A stretch of DNA of 64,000 nt from Candidatus Ozemobacteraceae bacterium (GTDB lineage: Bacteria > Muiribacteriota > Ozemobacteria > Ozemobacterales > Ozemobacteraceae), in NCBI GenBank assembly GCA_965140445.1, contig OZ223236.1, positions 3,776,001 through 3,840,000 of the forward strand, in the 5' to 3' direction. Both the position numbers and the translations under genes were made by a program. Shown here in pieces: positions 9,585 to 19,314 of this stretch. Below the pieces are notes generated by a model. That model searched no databases. It saw nothing but the letters and a program-made list of their open reading frames with translations, and was not told the DNA's origin. Positions within the stretch are counted from its first letter, which is position 1. Each line of letters opens with the position of its first letter.

Positions 9585-11804
9585 ATGAAATATACGATTG
9601 CAGCATTTGTTGGGGCATTCCTTCTGTTTTTAATTCAGCCAATGGCAGGAAAAGCTTTACTACCTGGATTTGGTGGGAGCTTTATGGTTTGGACTGTTGC
9701 CCTATTCTTCTTTCAAGGCGCGCTTTTAGCCGGGTATTTTTTAGTACACAAAATTTTTGCAGGATCTGTAACCAGAGTTAAAGGGCTTCTTTATTTTTTA
9801 TTGGTTGCAATTGGTGTCTGGGCTTCCAGATTCGATCCCGCCACTCTATCTACGGGTCCAACAAGCCTGGGCTTTGCTCTATCAGAGCTAAAGTTATTGA
9901 TGCTAACAATTGGCATCCCATTTCTTGCACTATCCACCACCTCTGTAGCCTTACAAAGATGGTGGCAGGTTGATACCTCCAAAACAGGTGAAGAGCCTTA
10001 CTACCTTTATGGAGCTTCAAATTTAGGCTCATTTGCAGGACTACTAAGCTATCCATTTGTTTTTGAACCAATGTTCTCTGCAGAGAAAATTTGGCATGGC
10101 TGGCATTTGGCAATTGTCTTCTGGGCGTTGATTATGCTTGCCTGTTTTCCCAAAAATCCAGCCCGCGAAATTTCTTTGGAAGATGAATCAAATCCCGTTA
10201 AAGATAAACCAGAATTTTCACCCTTAAAGTGGATTATTCCAGCTGCCGGAAGCTCGGCACTATTAGCAGCGGTAACCAATGTAATCACCATTGATGTCGC
10301 TGCGTTTCCATTTTTATGGGTTTTGCCACTGGCAATCTATTTACTGAGTTGGGTGAGAATTTTTCGCAAGAACCCGCCAAACCTATCCTGGTGGTCTGAC
10401 CACGCCTCAACAATAATGGCATTTGCCTTCTTTATGGCAATTCTAATTCAATTCCAATTCTCTTTAGATGCAATCATAAAAACTATAGCTCTTCTTGCAA
10501 TTCTTTACTCCTGCTCAATCATGTCTCAAGCCTCTCTATTAGGCAGAAGACCTGTTAATTCGCAGCAGCTTACTTCATTTTATCTGTATGTATCCTTTGG
10601 TGGCTTTCTGGGAACAGCTTTGATCGCTTTTGGTATTCCCGTTTTGTTTGACAGTCTGGCAGAACTTCCTATAGCTCTAACTCTTGTGGCCTGGGGAATT
10701 TCAGGGATTTCACCCTGGAAAATAGATAAATCAGACACCTTCCTCCTGGTCAGAGTAATTGGTGTAATCCTGATTGTCTTTCTTATTCCATTACTTGCTC
10801 TTCGCTTTATTTCAGCTCTTCCTTCCCTTATTATTACAGCTAGTGCAGGCTGTGCCATCTACGTATTTTCCGTTCTCAGCCAAACACAGAGATTGGGAAG
10901 AAATTTTTCACTTATAGTTATGTTAATTGCTGCCAGCCTGGTGTTTGCAGATGAGTTAAGCTCTGATGGAGTAGAAAAAACAAGATTTCGAAATTTTTAT
11001 GGCTTATATCAGGTGTTTGAAAAAGCCAATATCCGTTACCTCCAGATGGGCACGACTTACCACGGTCACGAAATAATTGATGGCCCAAACAAAGGGAAAC
11101 CCACGTTCTATTATCATCCTGATGCGACTATCGGGAAGTTTATGACCAGCTCTGCAATGAAAGCCAAAAATATTGCAGTTCTCGGGCTTGGTGCCGGTGT
11201 CATGGCCGCTTTTCTGGAAAAAGGCCAAACACTTGATTTCTACGAACTTGACCCAGACAACATTTGGCTTGCCCAAAAACATTTTTCTTACCTTGAAAAG
11301 ACCAAAGGAAAAGTAAATATTATCTGCGGGGATGGACGCTTACAGATGCGCAATGCAACCCAAACCTATGATTTGATATTTATGGATGCCTTCAGTAGTG
11401 ATTCGATCCCAATACACCTGCTAACCATTGAAGCAATCCAGGAATATATGAAACGCTTAAATAACGATGGATGCCTGCTTTTCCATATTTCTAACAGGCA
11501 TTTAGACCTGTTACCAATTTTAACAATGGCGGCTAAAAAGCTTGGCCTGATTGGCAAGGTTGCTCTTAACTACGAAGATGAGAAAAATAATATATACCCG
11601 ACAAGATGGTTTTCAATTTCTACCCCGGAAGGCTACGATAAGTATTTAAAGCCTATCCCAAGCTGGAAAGATCCCATTTTGAAAAAAGCGTCCCGATATT
11701 GGACAGATGATTTTTCCAGTATGCTCGACGCTTTTCCTCCAGATCCCGATTTATTTACAAAACCTCCTGAAATTAAACCGGAGCAGAATGCGGAAAAATT
11801 CTAA
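9585..11804 (+). CDS. Multi-TM fused spermidine-synthase-like SAM-dependent protein
   Basis: LLFLIQP...LLPGFGGS, YYLYGASNLGS, many TMs, VLGLGAG, YELDP, GDGR, MDAFSSDSIPIHLLT, WTDD. Confidence 0.85.
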   Translation: MKYTIAAFVGAFLLFLIQPMAGKALLPGFGGSFMVWTVALFFFQGALLAGYFLVHKIFAGSVTRVKGLLYFLLVAIGVWASRFDPATLSTGPTSLGFALSELKLLMLTIGIPFLALSTTSVALQRWWQVDTSKTGEEPYYLYGASNLGSFAGLLSYPFVFEPMFSAEKIWHGWHLAIVFWALIMLACFPKNPAREISLEDESNPVKDKPEFSPLKWIIPAAGSSALLAAVTNVITIDVAAFPFLWVLPLAIYLLSWVRIFRKNPPNLSWWSDHASTIMAFAFFMAILIQFQFSLDAIIKTIALLAILYSCSIMSQASLLGRRPVNSQQLTSFYLYVSFGGFLGTALIAFGIPVLFDSLAELPIALTLVAWGISGISPWKIDKSDTFLLVRVIGVILIVFLIPLLALRFISALPSLIITASAGCAIYVFSVLSQTQRLGRNFSLIVMLIAASLVFADELSSDGVEKTRFRNFYGLYQVFEKANIRYLQMGTTYHGHEIIDGPNKGKPTFYYHPDATIGKFMTSSAMKAKNIAVLGLGAGVMAAFLEKGQTLDFYELDPDNIWLAQKHFSYLEKTKGKVNIICGDGRLQMRNATQTYDLIFMDAFSSDSIPIHLLTIEAIQEYMKRLNNDGCLLFHISNRHLDLLPILTMAAKKLGLIGKVALNYEDEKNNIYPTRWFSISTPEGYDKYLKPIPSWKDPILKKASRYWTDDFSSMLDAFPPDPDLFTKPPEIKPEQNAEKF

Positions 11805-11807
11805 AAC

Positions 11808-11845
11808 AAAAACCGCGCTTTCAGAACACTGAAAGCGCGGTTTTT
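11808..11845. terminator. Bidirectional intrinsic terminator
   Basis: AAAAACCGCGCTTTCAG-AACA-CTGAAAGCGCGGTTTTT perfect stem. Confidence 0.9.
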
Positions 11846-11855
11846 ATTTTAAATA

Positions 11856-12044
11856 TTAAGAGCCGTGGCAAATTTCAAAATCAGGACATGTTCCTTCTGG
11901 GGTCATACATTCGAGAACGCCTTCGCTCTTGCCTTTACATACAGTCTTCATTCCTGTTGTGCGGCGAGATTTGCGATTAAGTTCGATTTTTTCGCTTCTG
12001 AGTTCAACTACTTCTTCGTCTGTTAATTTTTTTCCTGGTATCAT
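11856..12044 (-). CDS. Small Cys-rich hypothetical protein
   Basis: Ends just before the terminator; four Cys in the C-terminal half; start uncertain (12044 or upstream). Confidence 0.5.
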   Translation of the reverse strand: MIPGKKLTDEEVVELRSEKIELNRKSRRTTGMKTVCKGKSEGVLECMTPEGTCPDFEICHGS

Positions 12045-12233
12045 AACGTTCTCGTCACGACCTCCTGAATTATTTCTAATTTGGCATATGAAAATACATT
12101 CTTTAGATTTTTTTTTCAACAAATATGTTTCGATTTGTTACTAACCATTCCATTTTTAATAAATAAATCGGGAATTTGCTTGACCAAAAAATCTCCCTCG
12201 GGTTTAATAGATTATCAATATCGGAGCAAAAAA

Positions 12234-13748
12234 ATGGACCTACAAGACGGAGTTACACTTCCTGGAGCAACTGACATCATACCCTGTGGGTGCGCTTGTA
12301 CTCCACTAATACTGCTTCAGCAGTTTTACCATTCGGCACCAGTCGGAATGGCAGCCATTTCAAAAGACCACTGTTTTAAGCGCCTGAATAACAGACTGGC
12401 TGAATTTATAGGCAAAACACCCCAGGAATGCCTGGGACAAAAAGTATCAAAGGTTCTGCCCGAATTTGGCGAAAAAATTTCCGATATTATAACCAGCGTA
12501 TTTATAACCAAAAAAGAGCAGCTTGAAAGGGAAATTGCTTTTCAACATCATGGCGAATTCAAATTCTGGGTAATTAACATATACCCTATTTTATGTGATG
12601 AAGCTGAAAGTGAAGATGGCTTCGACTGCGCGAATTTGATAATCCACGACATATCCGAACTGCGAAAGGCGCAAAGCAAGCTGGAAATTGCTTACGAAAG
12701 AATTTCCAATCTGAAGAAAAGGCTCGAACAGGAAAACCAGTATCTGAAAAATGAAATCAACAAGGAATATGATTTCCAACACATTATAGGTTCCAGTGTA
12801 GGGTTAAAGCTTGTCCTGGAACAGGTTTCACAGGTTTCAATGACTGATGCTACCGTTTTGATCACTGGTGAAACAGGCACAGGCAAAGAGCTGATTGCCA
12901 GAGCCATACACCAGAATAGTGCGAGAAAAGCACATACACTTATTACCGTAAACTGTGCTGCCTTGCCAGCAAACCTGATTGAGAGCGAACTTTTTGGTCA
13001 TGAAAAAGGGGCGTTTACCGGCGCTGTAAATCGCAAAGCCGGGCGGTTTGAGATAGCTGATGGGGGCACAATATTTCTTGATGAGATTGGTGAACTTCCC
13101 CTTGAGCTTCAAAGCAAGTTACTTAGGGTATTACAGGAAGGCCAGATAGAACGGCTGGGCGGAACGAAAACGATTGATGTAAATGTAAGAGTGATAGCCG
13201 CGACCAATCGGGACCTTGCTCAAGAATCTATCAACGGCAGATTTAGAGAGGATCTTTATTACAGGTTAAATGTTTTTCCGATTCACATACCCCGGCTTGC
13301 CGAAAGAAAAGATGACATAATTGAAATGGCAACCAGCTTTATGCAAAATTTTGCACATAGAATGAGGAAAAATATCACAAGTATATCCGATGAAAGCATG
13401 GATAAGTTAACCAGCTATGACTGGCCAGGAAATGTTAGAGAGTTAAAAAACCTGATTGAACGCGCAGTTATAATTTGTCCATCGGAAGTTCTTGAAGTAA
13501 GCATTCCAACCAACCCATTCAGGCATGAAACCAATCGTTCAAGTGAAATCCCCCTACTCCAAGGAACATCGTTTCCTACCCTCAATGAGTTCGAAAAGAG
13601 TTACATACAAAAGGTTTTAGAAAAAACTGGGGGTCGCGTGCGAGGAAAAGGAGGAGCAGCTGAAATTCTTGGAATGAAGCCGACTACCCTTGATTCTCGA
13701 ATGTTAAAGCTGGGTATTAAAAGAATTCCAACTATCGCGCCATCATAA
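12234..13748 (+). CDS. PAS-domain sigma54-dependent enhancer-binding protein (FhlA/HyfR-like)
   Basis: PAS region, [38 protein letters not shown], Fis HTH; ATG 12234 with GGAG RBS. Confidence 0.92.
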   Translation: MDLQDGVTLPGATDIIPCGCACTPLILLQQFYHSAPVGMAAISKDHCFKRLNNRLAEFIGKTPQECLGQKVSKVLPEFGEKISDIITSVFITKKEQLEREIAFQHHGEFKFWVINIYPILCDEAESEDGFDCANLIIHDISELRKAQSKLEIAYERISNLKKRLEQENQYLKNEINKEYDFQHIIGSSVGLKLVLEQVSQVSMTDATVLITGETGTGKELIARAIHQNSARKAHTLITVNCAALPANLIESELFGHEKGAFTGAVNRKAGRFEIADGGTIFLDEIGELPLELQSKLLRVLQEGQIERLGGTKTIDVNVRVIAATNRDLAQESINGRFREDLYYRLNVFPIHIPRLAERKDDIIEMATSFMQNFAHRMRKNITSISDESMDKLTSYDWPGNVRELKNLIERAVIICPSEVLEVSIPTNPFRHETNRSSEIPLLQGTSFPTLNEFEKSYIQKVLEKTGGRVRGKGGAAEILGMKPTTLDSRMLKLGIKRIPTIAPS

Positions 13749-13750
13749 AG

Positions 13751-13766
13751 TGGCACCATTATTGCT
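13751..13766 (+). promoter_or_regulatory. sigma54 (-24/-12) promoter
   Basis: TGGCAC-CATTA-TTGCT, exact match to TGGCAC-N5-TTGCW, 2 nt after the activator stop codon. Confidence 0.8.
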
Positions 13767-13804
13767 TAAACAAATATAGTTAAAGTTATTACCGGAGGCC
13801 AGAC

Positions 13805-13900
13805 ATGTTCATCGCCATACAATTATTTACTCACATGCTTCACACCAAAATATATACTACATACCTGACTTACATGGCCGAAGTCACTATCAGAGACTAA
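13805..13900 (+). CDS. 31-aa small protein MFIAIQLFTHMLHTKIYTTYLTYMAEVTIRD
   Basis: GGAGG RBS at 13794-13798, ATG 13805, TAA 13898-13900; lies between a sigma54 promoter and a hairpin. Confidence 0.55.
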   Translation: MFIAIQLFTHMLHTKIYTTYLTYMAEVTIRD

Positions 13901-13918
13901 TTTTTCAAAAATACAACT

Positions 13919-13959
13919 AAAGTGTCAGCTGAAAAGATAAAATTTGCAGCTGACACTTT
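13919..13959 (+). terminator. Hairpin, probable terminator of the small sigma54 transcript
   Basis: AAAGTGTCAGCTG / CAGCTGACACTTT 13-bp inverted repeat. Confidence 0.6.
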
Positions 13960-14071
13960 GGCTTTTAGGTAGCCTGAAAATATTTCATTGTAATAAAATA
14001 ATTGAAAGAGTACCTTTAAGAATGAGAAAAAAACAATTTTCTTAACTTATATTATTGTAAGGAACTGAGTT

Positions 14072-15292
14072 TTGAATCCAATATTGATAGTAGGAATTAT
14101 AATTTTCACAGGTTTTCTAATGGGGAAACTTGCCCTTAAGCTAAGACTCCCAAAAGTAACAGGATATATTTTTGCCGGACTAATTTTGAATCCCGGATTA
14201 TCAAATACAATCCCTTTATCCTTTGTTGAAAATACAGCACTAATTACTGATATTGCTTTAGCTTTTATCACATTTTCGGTTGGTGGAACCCTGGCCTATA
14301 CAAGTATCAAGAAGTTAGGGAAATCGATTTCATTGATCACGGTCCTGGAGGCCGAATTAGCTTTCGTCAGCATTGCTATTTCTTTTTCTCTTCTAGGACC
14401 AGTACTTGCCCCAAAATTCGGAACCGAATTCTATGCTTTTATTCCAATAGCCTTGCTAATGGCTTCACTTGCTTCTCCCACAGATCCATCTGCAACTTTG
14501 GCAGTTGAGCACGAGTTTAAAGCTAAAGGCGAAGTAACTTCAACCATCATGGGCGTTGCAGCACTTGATGACATTTTTGGAATCATCAATTATAGTTTGG
14601 CCGTTTCAATTTCAACTATGTTTATTACCCATAAACAGCTATCTTTAAACTCCTTAATGGAGCCAACTTCTCAAATTTTTGGCTCAATAATAGTTGGAGT
14701 CCTTTTTGGATTTTTTCTAAATACCTTTTCTAATAAAAAAGATTTTGATGATTCAGAAGGAAGTCTAATTGGATTAATAATTGGTTTGCTGGCAGTTTGC
14801 TATGGAGTCCTGGATAAAATAAATCTAGACCCTTTGCTTGGGACAATGTCCATGGGCGTAATTGTCGCCAATTTTAACATAAACCAGGAAAGAATTTTTA
14901 AAATACTGGAAAGATACGTTGAGGAGCTAATTTTTCTTCTCTTTTTCACTTTGAGCTCTATGCACCTTGATTTTAGCGTTCTTGCCGCAAACTATACTTT
15001 AATCATTGCTTTTGTAGCCTTCAGAGCGTTAGGAAAAATTGTTGGAACGATTTTAGGAGCAAAAATTTCCCACTCTTCAAAATCCATTCAAAAATACACT
15101 GTTGGAGGTCTCATTCCTCAGGGTGGAATTGTAATTGGGCTTGCTTTAGTTATCAAACAAAACCCGGATTTCTCGGCCTTTAGTGGATTAATTCTTAATG
15201 TAATTATTGGCGCTACCATTATTCATGAAATAGTGGGGCCAGTATTGGCCAAATGGGCTCTTCAAAAGGCTGGAGAAATCAAACAGAATTAA
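14072..15292 (+). CDS. Cation:proton antiporter (CPA2/KefB-like membrane domain)
   Basis: LPKVTGYI, PTDPSATLAV, AALDDIFG, LIPQGGIVIGLAL; many TMs. Confidence 0.85.
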   Translation: MNPILIVGIIIFTGFLMGKLALKLRLPKVTGYIFAGLILNPGLSNTIPLSFVENTALITDIALAFITFSVGGTLAYTSIKKLGKSISLITVLEAELAFVSIAISFSLLGPVLAPKFGTEFYAFIPIALLMASLASPTDPSATLAVEHEFKAKGEVTSTIMGVAALDDIFGIINYSLAVSISTMFITHKQLSLNSLMEPTSQIFGSIIVGVLFGFFLNTFSNKKDFDDSEGSLIGLIIGLLAVCYGVLDKINLDPLLGTMSMGVIVANFNINQERIFKILERYVEELIFLLFFTLSSMHLDFSVLAANYTLIIAFVAFRALGKIVGTILGAKISHSSKSIQKYTVGGLIPQGGIVIGLALVIKQNPDFSAFSGLILNVIIGATIIHEIVGPVLAKWALQKAGEIKQN

Positions 15293-15329
15293 ACTGAAAC
15301 CTGTTTACAAACAATTTACTCAAACAAGA

Positions 15330-16640
15330 TCAGCCCTCTTTTTTTCCTCCAAAATAATGATTTTTATCAAACCTTCTAACCAGAGTTTCCAGATACCTGG
15401 ATCTCACCTGCTTTGAAGCCATAATCTGCTTTATTGGAGGCAGTTTCAGTATAACCCCCAAAACCGCTGCCAATGCCCTATGACTCCAAAGAACCTGGTT
15501 ATCAAAAAGGAAATTCTGAAATTTTCCTCTTTCAATGGCCATAAGAACCTTTAGGTGGGTTCCGTTCAAGGGAGTAATAACCCTGCTGGGCCTGGAGTTC
15601 AAATGAATATATTTTTGTGAACATTCCCTTACGCAAATGCCACACCCTAGGCAGATCTCTTCATTAACTTTTGCAATTTTTCTGGAATGATTTTTGGGGT
15701 CATTGGCTGAAACAAGTCCCATAGCCCCTACTGGACATATGGAAACACATTTACCGCAACCCGTGCAATTCCGGGTTTCAACCTCTGGAATAAAGTTTGT
15801 GGTGTGCACAGGATTTAGAATCGAAAATCTCTTTGCAGCAAGCATTGCTTCACAGCAACAACCACAACAATTGCAAATAAAATTTACATCTTCCCTAACA
15901 TTTTCGCCGAATTGAACAAGTTTGTTTTCATATGCCAACTGCAATAAATCCATACACTCTGCTTTATCAATTCTTTTGGCAAAATTGTGCTTTATAAGAG
16001 AGGTCGCAGTATAGTTAAAAGTCATGCAAATTTCTTTGGGCGCATCGCAAGCTTTACCCAGATGCTCCATTTTGTGCCGGCAATAACAAATACCAACTCC
16101 AATATCTGTGGCGGTTTGAATAATTTCTGATGCCCTCTCATAGTCTAAAACGTGCAAAGCATTTTGCTCTGATAAGGATGGCTCGTGAACAAAAACTCTT
16201 CCCAGCTGTGTTTCACCCTGTGTAAACAAAGCTTTCACGAAATCTTCCTCTACGTTCAAATACTGATAGAAAAGTTCACTCAAAACTTTTTGGTCTATAT
16301 CAGAACGCACTCGCATCATGGAAAATTCAAAAAAACCTGCCATCGGAGGCGGAAGCGCATACTGGACCTCTCCATTTATTTCAAAATCAACTAAGATGGC
16401 TCTACCAGCCAACCTTTCAAGAATATTTTGAGCTTCGCCTATTTCAAGTTTCCAAATTTTCGCGGCTTTTTCAGCATTAAAAGGTCTAATAGGCAAATCT
16501 GCAACAAGAGAAGCCTCCTTTTCACTAAAAAGCATTTTTAAAATCTTAAAAAGCATCTCCGAAGGAGGAGCCCCCTGGGGAAACAGATTTATTCGATCTG
16601 CCAGATTAGAATAACCAGTCTTTAGAGTTCTGTGTGCCAT
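15330..16640 (-). CDS. 4Fe-4S dicluster domain protein
   Basis: CYCRH, ICNCCGCCC, CTGCGKCVSICP, CLGCGICVREC. Confidence 0.85.
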   Translation of the reverse strand: MAHRTLKTGYSNLADRINLFPQGAPPSEMLFKILKMLFSEKEASLVADLPIRPFNAEKAAKIWKLEIGEAQNILERLAGRAILVDFEINGEVQYALPPPMAGFFEFSMMRVRSDIDQKVLSELFYQYLNVEEDFVKALFTQGETQLGRVFVHEPSLSEQNALHVLDYERASEIIQTATDIGVGICYCRHKMEHLGKACDAPKEICMTFNYTATSLIKHNFAKRIDKAECMDLLQLAYENKLVQFGENVREDVNFICNCCGCCCEAMLAAKRFSILNPVHTTNFIPEVETRNCTGCGKCVSICPVGAMGLVSANDPKNHSRKIAKVNEEICLGCGICVRECSQKYIHLNSRPSRVITPLNGTHLKVLMAIERGKFQNFLFDNQVLWSHRALAAVLGVILKLPPIKQIMASKQVRSRYLETLVRRFDKNHYFGGKKEG

Positions 16641-16757
16641 TTTCCCCTCCTATACACCAATCAAAAACGATCAATCTCATATTTTTTTATTTATTATTCT
16701 AATTATAACAATTTTAAATTTGTGCTCAAAATTTGTTTTCTTTATAATCATAAAAAA

Positions 16758-16892
16758 ATGGGAAACCAGAACAAAAAATTACAGCTGGCCAAAAATATTG
16801 TTGGAGGCTGCGGCTTCTTTGGCTTAATAGCACTTTTCGGGACCTTTGCCCTGGTGTTTTTGGCATTTTATGGCCTAAGACACGGCTTCTAA
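16758..16892 (+). CDS. Small single-TM protein (44 aa), possibly leaderless
   Basis: TTGTGC-N17-TATAAT (16720-16748) 9 nt before the ATG; no RBS; one hydrophobic helix. Confidence 0.45.
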   Translation: MGNQNKKLQLAKNIVGGCGFFGLIALFGTFALVFLAFYGLRHGF

Positions 16893-16905
16893 TTACTTAG
16901 ATAAG

Positions 16906-17895
16906 TTATTTCTTCTGCCAGCGATCATTGGGTTCGAGAATTTTTAATGGCCCGTTTCCATTCAACCAGGCTAAAGCAGCTGCATTTTTTAGTAGATAAG
17001 CATCCCAGAAAGCGGTTGAGAGCGCTAAGATAACCTTATGATGATTTGGATTGCGATTCCCCGACATTCTGCTACCTTCTCTGGCATCAGCAAAAGCGCT
17101 ATGTTCGGCCTCATCAAGAAACAATTCATATTTTTCCCCGGGTGGGAGGGCAGGAAAAACCGCTAAGCGAGACTCCAAATCAGCTCCACCCATTTTTCCA
17201 ATGTCCTTGCTTCCTGTCATCAGAAGCCATGGAATATCCACATTACCAAATGCTCTCTCAGGAGATCCCCTGCGTGGGCTACTTGGACTCAGAATTACTG
17301 CAGCCTTAATCTCAGGCAAAGTAAGTCCTTTGCCCCTTCCTAGTGGTGATGATTGACCGGAAATAGCCTGGGTTGTTACCGCTCCATAGGAATGCCCCGA
17401 CATCCCCACAATTGAGGTTTCCATTCTTCCATAAAGGGGATTCCCCGGAGTTTTATTCCAAATTTCAAGTTGCCTTAAAGCTGCAGGAACATCTTTCGCC
17501 CTGTGCATAAAGTTTTTAAAGTCCATAGCCTGTCCCATGGATTGCTGAAATCTGCTAATTCCTTTACCTTTCCAAATTGATTCGTCGCTTCCCGGGTGTT
17601 GTAATGCAACAACAACAAAACCTCGACCGGACCAATGTTTTCCAAGATATGTTCCTGCTTCTCTTGAGCCTCCCAATCCGTGACTGAAAAAGATTATCGG
17701 AGCTGGAGACTTGTTTTCAGGCAGATAAACTTTAATGGGAATTTCCCTGGAACGTGATGAATCCTCAACAGTAAGGTATATAACCGGTTCTGATTCTCTA
17801 ACTGATAGAGGGTTATATTCCTGTGCACAAATGTTGATATTGCCGCAAAATAGCAAAACCATTGTCACTACAATGCATTTGAAAACATTTTTCAT
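16906..17895 (-). CDS. Secreted alpha/beta hydrolase (dienelactone hydrolase/PAF-AH-like)
   Basis: FSHGLGGS, QHPGSD, GHSYG nucleophile elbow, MTGSKD, AEHSAF; signal peptide. Confidence 0.85.
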   Translation of the reverse strand: MKNVFKCIVVTMVLLFCGNINICAQEYNPLSVRESEPVIYLTVEDSSRSREIPIKVYLPENKSPAPIIFFSHGLGGSREAGTYLGKHWSGRGFVVVALQHPGSDESIWKGKGISRFQQSMGQAMDFKNFMHRAKDVPAALRQLEIWNKTPGNPLYGRMETSIVGMSGHSYGAVTTQAISGQSSPLGRGKGLTLPEIKAAVILSPSSPRRGSPERAFGNVDIPWLLMTGSKDIGKMGGADLESRLAVFPALPPGEKYELFLDEAEHSAFADAREGSRMSGNRNPNHHKVILALSTAFWDAYLLKNAAALAWLNGNGPLKILEPNDRWQKK

Positions 17896-18085
17896 AAAAA
17901 TTCTCCTGGACTTCATCATCAGGTAAAATAGCTTTTCCTCTCACTTATGGTAACCGGCTTTAATACCTTGGATATAGTTAAAAACTATAGCTAATTGCTA
18001 TAAGTTTGATGCAGCCATCGGGGAACTGTGCCTGAATCTTGTAATTATTGAATGGCTATGCCGGAAATGAATGAAGGGGATAGCA

Positions 18086-19192
18086 TTAATCCAGCAACCC
18101 CATTGAACGCATAATGAATTCTACAGAGGCAAATTCATCATCTGTAGCAGGCAAAAAGGTCATGGAGCTACCACGCAATTCTCCGGGTTTAATTTCAGTA
18201 AGAGCGCTCTGAAATTTTTCGCGCAAATTAATTGGACAATCCTGACGGCAAACCAGAACATCTGATGGGATTTCTGGAGTTTTTGCCAGAACAATAATTT
18301 TTTTATCCAGATTGGCAAATTTGGATGTTTTTATAGTTTCTTCCAGACAAACGCCGGCATCAACGACCCCTTTTAGAACTGCCAGCAAAACATTATTATG
18401 ATTTTTCAGAAACCTGATTCTGGTATTTTTGCCAAGTTTAATTTTAAGACTTTTAAGCAAATACATTGGATAAATGTATCCACTGGCCGATTGAGGGTCC
18501 ACGAGCCCTATTCTGCTTCCACTAAGATCCTCAAGCCCCTGCACTTTGCCTTTGGCCGGAGCAATAAAAACCCCTCTGTAAGCGGTTTCATTTCCAAACT
18601 TGGCTTTGGCGACGGCCATCAAATGATCTTTATCGCGAAATTTTAAATATGCTGTAGGCCCGACCCAGGCAAAATCAATGTTTCCTCGGGCAAGAGCTTT
18701 TAAAATACTTGAGTAATCTTTCCCACTGGAAACCAGACGCACCTCTTTTGCCCCGGTTTTCTTCTTTAAAACACCAAGTAGTGGAACCATATGAGCCATC
18801 ATCTCTTTAATGCTCATATACGGGATTCGGCCAATTCTGATTGTTTTTTCTTCAAGTTTAATTGGTTTGCCAGCTGGTATCACAGGTCTGGCTGGCTCAA
18901 TTACAGGCTGCTCAACAGCTACAGGCTCTTCAGAATACTCGTCTGCATAATCATATTCATATCCATCTTCTTCTTCGTATTCAGAATAAGTCGAAGTCGA
19001 TTCATCTTCTTCATAATAGTCGTTAGCATTAGTCGACTCAGTTTCATAATAGCCTTCATCGGAATACTCATCGTTACCATAAGATGGAAAATCAATGTTT
19101 TCATTATTCTGAGCCATACAATACCCAGGAAACATTAACAGGCAAAAGCATAAAATCGTCGTCAGCAAAAGAAACCTGGATGATGGATTCAT
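18086..19192 (-). CDS. PhnD-like phosphate/phosphonate substrate-binding protein with acidic Tyr-rich N-terminal extension
   Basis: IDFAWVGPTAY, VDPQSASGYIYP, HNNVLLAV, DAGV, TPEIPSD. Confidence 0.8.
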   Translation of the reverse strand: MNPSSRFLLLTTILCFCLLMFPGYCMAQNNENIDFPSYGNDEYSDEGYYETESTNANDYYEEDESTSTYSEYEEEDGYEYDYADEYSEEPVAVEQPVIEPARPVIPAGKPIKLEEKTIRIGRIPYMSIKEMMAHMVPLLGVLKKKTGAKEVRLVSSGKDYSSILKALARGNIDFAWVGPTAYLKFRDKDHLMAVAKAKFGNETAYRGVFIAPAKGKVQGLEDLSGSRIGLVDPQSASGYIYPMYLLKSLKIKLGKNTRIRFLKNHNNVLLAVLKGVVDAGVCLEETIKTSKFANLDKKIIVLAKTPEIPSDVLVCRQDCPINLREKFQSALTEIKPGELRGSSMTFLPATDDEFASVEFIMRSMGLLD

Positions 19193-19314
19193 TATTTATC
19201 TCCTGGTAGTTAATTATTATTTGAATAAAACTATAACAAAAATCCAACTTGCATTGGAAGCTACATTCTTTAACAAATTTTTTAGAGACAAATTTTGGGT
19301 CAAACCACTTTCAT

